Assembly (NCBI GenBank): GCA_964411255.1
Contig: CAYPKD010000004.1
Coordinates: 13,093-77,092 of the forward strand
DNA length: 64,000 bases
Direction: 5' to 3'
Source of the DNA: an uncultured Gammaproteobacteria bacterium
Lineage (GTDB): Bacteria > Patescibacteriota > Patescibacteriia > UBA11705 > DATKZF01
Below are positions 18,057 through 26,511 of the stretch, one piece after another. The position numbers and the translations under genes are program-made. Numbering within the stretch: position 1 is the stretch's first letter; each line of letters begins with the position of its first letter. The notes beneath the pieces are model-generated. The model was not told the origin of the DNA. It did no database searches and was given only the letters and a program-made list of their open reading frames with translations.

Positions 18057-18463
18057 TAAATAAAATTATAAAAAAAATATTCTATTAAATATTTTGTATA
18101 CCTTTCTACTGACATCTGATTTTTATAATGAAACTCTATTCGTTAAAATGTGCGAAAGTGCTTCTCTCACCTATTCTATTCACATATTGACCATTTTAAT
18201 CAATTTGATAGAATTAATAACGTGATCTAGGCAATGGATGACAGTTCAAATTGAGCGCCAAATCAATGTTTTGGATCACACACGCACCTAATTCACAGAC
18301 TTGGACAGGAGGAAAACATGTGGTGGAGGGACACGTGACGTTGCAAACTCGTGCGATGACGACGGAATGGGCTGAGCCGGATTGCCTGATCTAGGAAACG
18401 CCCGAAATGGCCGTGGGACAATGTTCCACGGCCAAACTATTTTAAAAAACCCTTTAAGGGTTT

Positions 18464-18847
18464 TTATGATTGAAAATATTGATTGAGTAATTTGTCTTTT
18501 TTAAATTTTTCAATATTCTTATTTACTTGTTTATAAAACCTGGGATGATGTTGTCGAAGTATCCATCTGCCTTTGTGTCTTTGACGATATGGGGGCTTTT
18601 GATAATGAGCTATTTCATGCGCCAGTAGCCTCAAAATTGAGTTTACAGACTTTGGCTGTCGTCTTTTAGGTGTGAGGACATCTAATACAACTGTTTTTTC
18701 ACTCAGCTTAATATAAGCCAATGTCATTCCATTCGTTGTATTGATCGGACCTCTTCGTTGCATGATTTGTAACTTAAAGTTTTTTACTTTTAATATTAAG
18801 CAAACATGATCAAAGATTTGGTTTACTTGTTGAATATACTTTTCCAT
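18464..18847 (-). pseudogene. truncated YgjP/DUF45-like metal-dependent hydrolase (HExxH: LAHEIAHY) fragment
   Basis: C-terminal half resembles DUF45 (..LAHEIAHYQKPPYRQRHKGRWILRQHHPRFYKQV..). At 127 aa it is about half the usual length. Next to a MITE-like remnant. Confidence 0.4.
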
Positions 18848-18979
18848 ATATGAATAATAAAACAGACCAATTGATCTGAAAATAATATTATTAGTTTATT
18901 TACGGGTAATGTTTGGGCATTGAAGCTTGAAATTTTTTTAAAAATCAACTATAGGCTTTCAACCTTCAACTATAAACTA

Positions 18980-20251
18980 TTAAAATCCCATTCTTGGCAG
19001 ATAATCTAATGGATTTACTGGAATTCCATTTAGTCTGACCTCAAAATGTAAATGAGGGCCAGTTGATAGATTTCCAGCTCCTAATGTGCCTGGCATACCA
19101 CCTGACTGGCCGATTAGTTGCCCTTTCGCCACATATTGATCTACTTGAACCAATATTTTGCTTACATGGCCATAAACAGTTGAAAGTCCATTAGCATGCA
19201 TTATGGCAATATAGCTATAACCATAACCATTGTCTTTGGCTGTTATAATATAACCATCTCCAGCTGAATATAGGTTTGTACCCTGATATGCTCTGACATC
19301 TATTCCAGGATGTTCAAATAAATATCGAAAGGGATAGGTCGGATCATGAAAATATGCAGATATGCCCCTTGATAAATCTTTAACCGGCCACATAAGAGTA
19401 GCGTCAGTCAGCGGAATGAATTCTTCTTTTTCTTCTTCTGTGTCAGCGTTTTCTTTCGCTTTATTCTCCAGCTCCTCAAGTTTTTTTCTGGCCTGTCTTT
19501 CTAGTGAATAAATATCAGCACCAGCGTTCTGTTGCTCTTGTTTGGTCTGCCAATATAGATTATAAAATTTTTCTTCTGAATTTTTTGTTTCTTCAATCAA
19601 ATATTGTTTTGTTTCCAATTCCTCTTCAAGGCCAACTTTTTGCTGCTCAGCTTTAATCTTTAATGAATTTAATTCTTCCTTTTTTTTATTTAAAGTATCC
19701 TTTTTTTCCTCCAGCTGCTTTTTAAATGATTTTACTGAGATTAAAGAATTTTGTAAATCTGACTGAAGAGACTCTGTATATTTTATTTGATCAAAAAAGT
19801 TTGATAATGAATCATTGACCAATAAAATTTCTAATATTCCTTTTTGGTCTGATTTATGTAAAAGCCGTATTAATTCCTCAAGTTCAGAGTCTTTTTTTTC
19901 AATGTCCACTGCCCTGTTCCCTATTTGAATTTCAACATCTTTTATTTCTAATCCTGTTTTATCAATCTCTGCTTCAGTTGTCAGAATGTCAATCTCAGTT
20001 TTTGCAATTTTATTTTCTAAAATTGACAATTGATTTTGCAGGCTGACGGTTTCCTGTTGTTTTTCGTTGATATTATCCAGATAGTGATTTGATTGTTCTT
20101 TTAGCTCATCAAGCTTTTTTTGCTTTTCTTTGATTTGAATGTTCAGTTCATTAATGTCTGTATTAGCTGAGGCAATATTAAAACCAGCCAATGTAATAAC
20201 AACAGCTAGAATTATAAAAAATCCCAAAACATTTTTTATTTTTCTTTTCAT
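18980..20251 (-). CDS. M23 family metallopeptidase with long N-terminal coiled coil (EnvC-like murein hydrolase or activator)
   Basis: Signal/TM N-terminus, extensive coiled coil, C-terminal LytM motifs (..HPGIDV.., ..GHVS.., ..GPHLHFEV..). Confidence 0.85.
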   Translation of the reverse strand: MKRKIKNVLGFFIILAVVITLAGFNIASANTDINELNIQIKEKQKKLDELKEQSNHYLDNINEKQQETVSLQNQLSILENKIAKTEIDILTTEAEIDKTGLEIKDVEIQIGNRAVDIEKKDSELEELIRLLHKSDQKGILEILLVNDSLSNFFDQIKYTESLQSDLQNSLISVKSFKKQLEEKKDTLNKKKEELNSLKIKAEQQKVGLEEELETKQYLIEETKNSEEKFYNLYWQTKQEQQNAGADIYSLERQARKKLEELENKAKENADTEEEKEEFIPLTDATLMWPVKDLSRGISAYFHDPTYPFRYLFEHPGIDVRAYQGTNLYSAGDGYIITAKDNGYGYSYIAIMHANGLSTVYGHVSKILVQVDQYVAKGQLIGQSGGMPGTLGAGNLSTGPHLHFEVRLNGIPVNPLDYLPRMGF

Positions 20252-20305
20252 TTGTATTTGGAATTATGAGAGATTTAGTTTACTGTTTTTATTATAGCAT
20301 TTTCC

Positions 20306-21823
20306 TTAAAGCAAGGAAATAGCATGTTCCAGCCTTTGGATTGTCTTGTCCTTGCCCAAGGCAGCAGCAATCTCAAACGGGCCTGGAGAGGCTTGTCTGC
20401 CTGATAAGCCAACTCTCATTGGCCATAGAATATCTCCGTTTTCATAGCTGTTGTCCTGAATAAACTTTTTTGTTTCATCTTCCAATTTATCTGCTAAAAA
20501 ATCTTCGTCATCTATTTGAGAAATGAAATTTTTTAATGATTTTAGATGTTTTATTGTTGAGTCCTTTGTATTCTTTTTCCAAAGCAGTATTTTGGGTTCA
20601 ATTACAATATCCTTTTTGAAAAAATATTCAAGTGCTGCAGGCAGGTCTGAAAGTTTTTTTATTCTTGGCTGTTCTAGCTCGACTATTTGTTTTAACTGAG
20701 CAGAGCTGATTTTTTCTTTTGTATCTATAATCTCAAAATCTTTTTTTCTTTGCAAAATCAATTCAGCTGCTTCTAAATACGGTACAGCCATTTCAAAAAA
20801 ATTATCCAGGTTTAGTTGCTTTATATAATAATTGTTGAACCAATCCAGTTTTTCCTTATCAAAAACCGCACTTGCTTTATGAACTCGTTCCAGATCGAAT
20901 TGTTTTATCAATTCGTTCTTAGTGAAAATCTCCTGATCTGACCCAGAGTTCCAGCCTAAGAGGGATATGAAATTTAATAAGGCATCATTTAAATAACCTG
21001 CATTTATGAAATCATGCACAGCAACATCTGATTCTCTTTTGCTTAATTTTTTCTTTTGTTTATTAACTAACTGTGGCAGATGAGCAAATGCTGGCAGATT
21101 CCAGCCGAATGAGTCATACAGAATTACGTGCTTTGGCGTACTGGAAATCCATTCATCCCCTCTCATTACATGGGTTATTTTCATTAAATGATCATCAACC
21201 ACATTAGCAAAGTGATATGTTGGATATTTATCTGATTTAATTAATACATAGTCATCCAAATCCTTTGTGTTTATAGTGATCGCTCCATGAATAATATCAT
21301 TAATAACAACTTCTTTATCGTCTGGCATTTTAAATCTGATCACATATGGCTCTTTATATCGAAGTTTTTCCTCAATTTCCTTTCTGCTTAAATCACGACA
21401 GAATTTGTCATATTTAGGCGGAAGCTTTTTTTTCTTTTGCTCTTCTCGTAGATTGTCCAGTCTTTCTTTTGAACAAAAACAATAATAAGCTTTACCGCTA
21501 TCCAGCAGCTGATTTATGTGTTCATTATATATTTCCAGTCTCTTTGATTGAAAATACGGACCATACTCCCCTATTTCGATTAATTTACTATTTTGCATGA
21601 ATGGTCCTTCGTCATACTCAATCCCTGCCCATTCAAGAACTTTTAACAAATTCTCTACTGCTCCTTTTACATATCTTGAGCGATCAGTATCTTCAATTCT
21701 AACTATAAAAGCGCCTTCATTATGCTTTGCAAATAAGTAATTATATAAGATTGTTCTTAAATTTCCAATGTGGACAAATCCTGTTGGACTGGGCGCTATT
21801 CTAACGCGTACTTTTGAAGTCAT
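20306..21823 (-). CDS. gltX: glutamyl-tRNA synthetase (ORF extends to 21841; likely start MTSKVRVRIAPSPTG)
   Basis: Class I HIGH-type (..APSPTGFVHIGNLRT..) and KMSKS-like (..KLSKR..) motifs. Confidence 0.9.
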   Translation of the reverse strand: MTSKVRVRIAPSPTGFVHIGNLRTILYNYLFAKHNEGAFIVRIEDTDRSRYVKGAVENLLKVLEWAGIEYDEGPFMQNSKLIEIGEYGPYFQSKRLEIYNEHINQLLDSGKAYYCFCSKERLDNLREEQKKKKLPPKYDKFCRDLSRKEIEEKLRYKEPYVIRFKMPDDKEVVINDIIHGAITINTKDLDDYVLIKSDKYPTYHFANVVDDHLMKITHVMRGDEWISSTPKHVILYDSFGWNLPAFAHLPQLVNKQKKKLSKRESDVAVHDFINAGYLNDALLNFISLLGWNSGSDQEIFTKNELIKQFDLERVHKASAVFDKEKLDWFNNYYIKQLNLDNFFEMAVPYLEAAELILQRKKDFEIIDTKEKISSAQLKQIVELEQPRIKKLSDLPAALEYFFKKDIVIEPKILLWKKNTKDSTIKHLKSLKNFISQIDDEDFLADKLEDETKKFIQDNSYENGDILWPMRVGLSGRQASPGPFEIAAALGKDKTIQRLEHAISLL

Positions 21824-22148
21824 ATATTTATATATTTTCAATTACTAATCACAGAATCATAAAAATATTAAAGTTGTAGGTTATTAGGCTTAGTAGCAAG
21901 TGTGGTTATTGGTTTTAGGCTTTGGTTTATTCTAATGACTAATAAACTTACGTATTTGCTGCCTGAAATTTGTTATTTAATAACTTAATAATACCCTACT
22001 GCGTGCAGTGTGTCAATGAACAGGCCTGGTAATTATACTAAAAATTGAGTATAATCACTTTGCTAGCATTTTTGGAATTTTCATCATATATCAAAATTTA
22101 ATCTAGTTCGTTTTTTATCTAATTTTAGATAAATATGTCTATTGTGCC

Positions 22149-22177
22149 TTGACTAGAAATAAAATTTATGATATAAT
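22149..22177 (+). promoter_or_regulatory. consensus sigma70-type promoter TTGACT-N17-TATAAT upstream of the GC-rich gene
   Basis: TTGACT at 22149-22154, a 17-nt spacer, TATAAT at 22172-22177. GGAGG RBS at 22283-22287 precedes the ATG at 22294. Confidence 0.5.
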
Positions 22178-22293
22178 GGAATATTCGAATGGCTAATTTT
22201 AGCAATTCGTTGAACATATACAAGTTAGCTGAAAAGGTATGGCCATAGGGGCACGTTCCTTAACATAATACTCAAAATATTTTGGAGGAAAAA

Positions 22294-23712
22294 ATGAGTG
22301 TTATTACAATTGATGCATTCACTGGTATGTATGGATTTAAGCTGGCAAACAGTAGTGGAGAACCCATTACGTTTGTCAAAAAGGAGGGACATGTTTTTTT
22401 GGACAATAGACCGTCCAAAGCGATTACTGGTATGATCATCGACGGTGAATACAAGCCGTGGAGTGAGATTGGTGTCGGTCATATGTCAGAGGAAGGTACG
22501 GTCCGCTGTATGCGAGGCCAGAGCTCTGACAGGCCGTGCACCAACGTGCGAAGTGCGGCAGACGTTGTCTGTCTCGATATGTATCCCGTTCTGCTTTGCG
22601 TGGATCATGCCAAAGCGGGTTTGTCCCATGCGCGGTCAAAGTATGGGGATCGAATCATGTTCCGACCTCTCCAATCAAGGCTCGCATTTGAGTTGAGGAA
22701 CAATCAGGTTCAGGACCTGATTGCTTCTGGCGAAGGTGGCATGACGAGAGAGCAGCTGATCAAGGCTTTCTCAAGCGTCAAGGCCACGTACAAGCTGGAT
22801 GGCCGCGGAGGAGTCGATTTTGACTCTGCCGATATAGACATGGATCAACTCGAACTGGTGGCCGAGCAGCATTCGGTTGACGGTTCCAAGGCTGACAATG
22901 CCTCTACCAAGGATTCGTTTTTCCTGGTCGGTGACAACAATGAAGAAGACGAAGAACGTTTCTTCGTTTTCTCCGGGCAGAATGCTTTGGCAGCCAGAAG
23001 CGAAGGATGTTCTTCCTTCCCGCTGTCTGAGGCTCTGCTCTATCACCGCAACGGTTTCAAGATGTGGGAAAAGGTAGAGGCGCTGCTATTCGGAGAAGAT
23101 CCCAAGGGATTTCCGATCAAAGAATTGGTCGAAGAAATCTTCGCGGATCTGCTCAGGCCTTGCCCTGGTGATAAGGACTACAGGGCTGAAATCTGGGTGG
23201 AATATCCCAAGGCCTTGGACTTCAAGGTTCTGGTCAGGGCAGCGGTCAAGGCCGGGGTGCTGCAGGATGGCACCGAGCTGAAAGAAGATGAAATCGACAA
23301 TCTCAAGAGCGATCCTCTTTCGCTCATTCGTGGCAACTACGACGGAAAGACCGTCCGTTGGCATGTGATGCGCAAGAGTCTGGCCTTCCTGGCTGCTAGG
23401 ATTCTCAACAAGGCTCGCGAGGGTTCGAGAAGGCAGCAGCCCCATGCGCGACCGTATCCGCTTTGTAGCGGACTGCCCTATCAGCGCGAGAATATCCGGG
23501 CGAAGGCCAAGGAAGCTCGCGCAACCTGGGATGATCTGGATGCTCATGAGCCGACTGCTGAGGAGCAGGCCAAGAATAAGAGGCGCAACAAGCGTTTTGA
23601 CGACAGGGGCAAGGGTGCGCGACGTCGAGCGCGTCCGGTTCCTCGGAAGAAAACCAAAGCAGAAAAGCAGGCTGAATTGCATGCCGAGTTGGATGGCCAC
23701 AATGCTGGCTAA
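22294..23712 (+). CDS. compositionally foreign (GC-rich) hypothetical protein with a basic Arg/Lys-rich C-terminal tail. The track ORF begins at a TTG at 22282.
   Basis: About 50-55% GC by eye versus about 30% in flanks. Long ORF with SD and consensus promoter. Tail KRRNKRFDDRGKGARRRARPVPRKKTKAEKQ. No family recognised. Confidence 0.6.
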   Translation: MSVITIDAFTGMYGFKLANSSGEPITFVKKEGHVFLDNRPSKAITGMIIDGEYKPWSEIGVGHMSEEGTVRCMRGQSSDRPCTNVRSAADVVCLDMYPVLLCVDHAKAGLSHARSKYGDRIMFRPLQSRLAFELRNNQVQDLIASGEGGMTREQLIKAFSSVKATYKLDGRGGVDFDSADIDMDQLELVAEQHSVDGSKADNASTKDSFFLVGDNNEEDEERFFVFSGQNALAARSEGCSSFPLSEALLYHRNGFKMWEKVEALLFGEDPKGFPIKELVEEIFADLLRPCPGDKDYRAEIWVEYPKALDFKVLVRAAVKAGVLQDGTELKEDEIDNLKSDPLSLIRGNYDGKTVRWHVMRKSLAFLAARILNKAREGSRRQQPHARPYPLCSGLPYQRENIRAKAKEARATWDDLDAHEPTAEEQAKNKRRNKRFDDRGKGARRRARPVPRKKTKAEKQAELHAELDGHNAG

Positions 23713-23732
23713 TCCACACAGCTAACCTCAAT

Positions 23733-23766
23733 CCCCTTGTTTCATAGAAACAAGGGGGTTTAATTT
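23733..23766 (+). terminator. rho-independent terminator (CCCCTTGTTTC-ATA-GAAACAAGGGG plus TTTAATTTT)
   Basis: Perfect 11-bp stem immediately after the stop of the GC-rich gene. Confidence 0.65.
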
Positions 23767-23856
23767 TAAATAATATTTGACAAAATAGTTATAAAAATGT
23801 AAATTAATATAAATTAGTCCACCAAGGCATTTGGGAAATTGGAAAGGAGTTAACAG

Positions 23857-24444
23857 TTGGTAGTTTTGCCAGAAAAGGTTGCCTTGGCTCACAAGCGCTT
23901 CTGGAATGCATTTTTTGTGCTTTCCAGGCAGTACTTGGAGACTAAAATGGGCGTCATATATATTTCATGCACTGTATCTCAATATGACCCCAGAAAGCAG
24001 GTTTCGTATGTATTGATCATTTCAGAGTTTTTTAACAGTACAAAATATTCTGTTAATGATCTTTGTGTTCAGGCTGATCTTACGCAGCTGTTTGAAAGCC
24101 AATCAGAAAATTTGGTCCAAAGATACAGGCACCAGGGAAGAAATTATGTAATATTTTCGCAAAAGCTTCGGGATATTGGCATTGAACCGCATTTATATCC
24201 TGAACAGGTAGCTTTATATAAATTCAGCGGTTCAAATAAAGAACATGATGTTGTAGTTCTGATTCCCACAAATAACGAGGATGTTAGTTATTTGTTAACC
24301 AGGATGGAGCTTAGACCAGATCAAGATGTTGATTTTTCTCAAATTGAGGTCTTATCAGTTGATGATGTAATTCCTGAAGAACAGGTCATATTCTGTCTTA
24401 GGGAATTAAACCATCCTTTTCCAGATGAAAATACTAGAACATAA
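23857..24444 (+). CDS. hypothetical protein (TTG start after AGGAG)
   Basis: ORF track. Promoter-like TTGACA at about 23787 upstream. Confidence 0.35.
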   Translation: MVVLPEKVALAHKRFWNAFFVLSRQYLETKMGVIYISCTVSQYDPRKQVSYVLIISEFFNSTKYSVNDLCVQADLTQLFESQSENLVQRYRHQGRNYVIFSQKLRDIGIEPHLYPEQVALYKFSGSNKEHDVVVLIPTNNEDVSYLLTRMELRPDQDVDFSQIEVLSVDDVIPEEQVIFCLRELNHPFPDENTRT

Positions 24445-24482
24445 AAGAACGCTAATAAACGTTCTTTTTTTAATGCCTTGGT

Positions 24483-25691
24483 TTATAAATATTTGTATAT
24501 TTTTTTTATTGATTCATGTCGCACTTTGGCCACCTGCGCTAATAAATTTTCTTTTTTTACCCATTGAACAGCTTTTACTTCATCAGATTTTTTATAATCA
24601 AAATCTTTTTGAGAACCAGTGAATTTCCAAAATACGAATTTTTGTTTTTGACCCTTGAAAGGCATTATCAATTTTGACCATTTAGGCCATTTATAGGTGT
24701 AGTCTACCGGAGGTATTTTAATAAATTGCAGTTTATTTGGCCTGATACCCAATTCTTCATCTATTTCCCGCAGGCTGGCCTGTTGATGATTTTCTTTTTT
24801 TTCTATAGCGCCTTGAGGGAGTGTCCAATAATGAAATCGTGGATTATAAATAATTAGAATTTCTCCTTTATGATTAAATATTATACTTGAAGCGTTTTTT
24901 CTATATCTAAAATTCCATCCATACAGCCATTTAATGCATGTTAAAGGGAAGAGTATTAATGCATTTAATATTCTTTTTATTCTTCTAGGTTCCTGAATAA
25001 ATCTGAATAGCCATTCAAAACCAATTTTCCTCATCCATTTTGGAGCACGTTTAATCTTGCCAGCTATAAAATCTAATGTCCCCCCCACTCCCAGTACTAA
25101 TTTTACAGATTTAATTCTGAATATATTTTCATATATCCAATATTCCTGTTTTGGAGCTCCAAAAGCAACAAATAAAATATCTGGCTTCACTTGATTTATA
25201 AAATTGAGTATATTTTGATTTTGTTTTCGGTCATAGCTTATTTTGCCTTTTTCATATTTGATTTGAATCCCCTCTCCTGCTCCTACAATTTGCAGACCTG
25301 TAAAATCCTTTTTTATATTTTTAGCAGCTTTTTTTGCAGTATCACCTTTTCCTCCCAATAGCATTATTTTTAGCTTTTTATCATTGGCCTGCTTTAACAA
25401 TTTATATGTAAGATCAACACCTGTAATTCTGTGTGGTACTTTTTGTCCTAAAATAGCACCGCCAACTTTTAATCCAAAACCATCTGGTATGTTTATATCA
25501 GCAGAATTTAAGATTTTTTTATATTGTTTGTCCTTTGAGGCTTTAAGGCAAATTTCTGGATTTGGTGTGAAAATTTTATGGGATTTGCTTGAATTTAAAA
25601 ATTTATCTATAAGTTCAAGAGTTTGATTGAGGTTCAGTTTTGATAATTCAACCCCTAATATTACTGATTTATTTTTATTATATCTTTTCAT
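24483..25691 (-). CDS. fusion protein: WecG/TagA-family glycosyltransferase (GT26) N-domain plus C-terminal NUDIX hydrolase domain
   Basis: N-part: ..FTPNPEI.., ..ILFVAFGAPKQEYWI.., ..WLFRFIQEPRR.. (WecB/TagA/CpsF family). C-part Nudix box GAIEKKENHQQASLREIDEELGI. Confidence 0.7.
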   Translation of the reverse strand: MKRYNKNKSVILGVELSKLNLNQTLELIDKFLNSSKSHKIFTPNPEICLKASKDKQYKKILNSADINIPDGFGLKVGGAILGQKVPHRITGVDLTYKLLKQANDKKLKIMLLGGKGDTAKKAAKNIKKDFTGLQIVGAGEGIQIKYEKGKISYDRKQNQNILNFINQVKPDILFVAFGAPKQEYWIYENIFRIKSVKLVLGVGGTLDFIAGKIKRAPKWMRKIGFEWLFRFIQEPRRIKRILNALILFPLTCIKWLYGWNFRYRKNASSIIFNHKGEILIIYNPRFHYWTLPQGAIEKKENHQQASLREIDEELGIRPNKLQFIKIPPVDYTYKWPKWSKLIMPFKGQKQKFVFWKFTGSQKDFDYKKSDEVKAVQWVKKENLLAQVAKVRHESIKKIYKYL

Positions 25692-26227
25692 AAATTAATT
25701 TCAGCTAGTTTAGTGTAAATTGGTCCATTTGAGGTAAGTTCACTGCAAAATAAATAGAATTTTTCAGTTTTAAATTCAGAAATGTTTATTGAATTTATTG
25801 TCTTAAATTTACTGTTCAAATATTTTATACGGCCTAATGTAAGGTGTGCTGAAAAAGGCTTTTTTTCATATTCAATGTCTATTGAATTAAGCTGTTGTCT
25901 GATCATTGAGTTTAGTCTTTTTAGATTTCCATTCTTATCTCTTAAAGAAATTTTTATAACCTTTGGATTAAAAACATTAGGGAAAAAGCTTATCTTATTG
26001 TCAAAACCAATAGTAAAATGATTAGATTCAATATTATTTAAAGCTTTTGATAATTCCCCTGCTCTATTAGTTTCAATGTCACCAATAAATTGCAAAGTTA
26101 AATGCATGTTATTAATATTAACCCATTTTATATCCTGATCTGAATTCGCTTTTTTTAGCTTTGTTAAATATTGATCAATTTCAGATTTTATTTTTTTTGG
26201 AATTTTAATGGCAATAAAGCATCTCAT
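25688..26227 (-). CDS. thpR: RNA 2',3'-cyclic phosphodiesterase (2H family, LigT/ThpR-like)
   Basis: Two H-x-T-x motifs (HLTLQF and HLTLGR) at typical spacing. About 180 aa. Confidence 0.8.
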   Translation of the reverse strand: MRCFIAIKIPKKIKSEIDQYLTKLKKANSDQDIKWVNINNMHLTLQFIGDIETNRAGELSKALNNIESNHFTIGFDNKISFFPNVFNPKVIKISLRDKNGNLKRLNSMIRQQLNSIDIEYEKKPFSAHLTLGRIKYLNSKFKTINSINISEFKTEKFYLFCSELTSNGPIYTKLAEINL

Positions 26228-26300
26228 ATTTCCATTATAGCACTTATTTGCTAAAATATAGTTAACATAAATTATACTTTAGTATAATAAATTTGTAAAT

Positions 26301-26507
26301 ATGCCTAATGGATATAAAAAGCCCATCACTATGTCTATTGAAGAGGTTAAAAGATATTGTCAAAAAATCCTTCCAGATGATTCTAGAGCACAAAAATTAA
26401 TGGAAAAAGCTTTATTAGGCGACATAAATATGGAGGAAAAGGCAAGGCTTGATGAATTGCTAAGGCAACAGGGTTTTGAGTATGAAAAATTAATAGCAAA
26501 TTTATAA
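26301..26507 (+). CDS. small hypothetical protein (68 aa)
   Basis: ORF track. Immediately upstream of the radical SAM gene. Confidence 0.3.
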   Translation: MPNGYKKPITMSIEEVKRYCQKILPDDSRAQKLMEKALLGDINMEEKARLDELLRQQGFEYEKLIANL

Positions 26508-26511
26508 TTAT

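Noticed and set aside
18195-18445. tmRNA, RNase P or SRP RNA in the GC-rich non-coding segment
   Set aside because: I could not find the tmRNA T-arm and CCA-end signatures, an ANDENYALAA-type tag frame, the RNase P P4 motif or the SRP domain IV motif by eye. It is left as an unclassified candidate ncRNA.
22225-23731. Multiple overlapping ORFs on both strands within the GC-rich island (22225..22482, 22436..22639, 22445..22696, 22771..23046, 22877..23077, 23086..23700, 23405..23731, 23444..23725)
   Set aside because: High GC lowers stop-codon frequency, so spurious long ORFs appear in all frames. Only the + strand 22294..23712 frame has an RBS, a promoter and a terminator.
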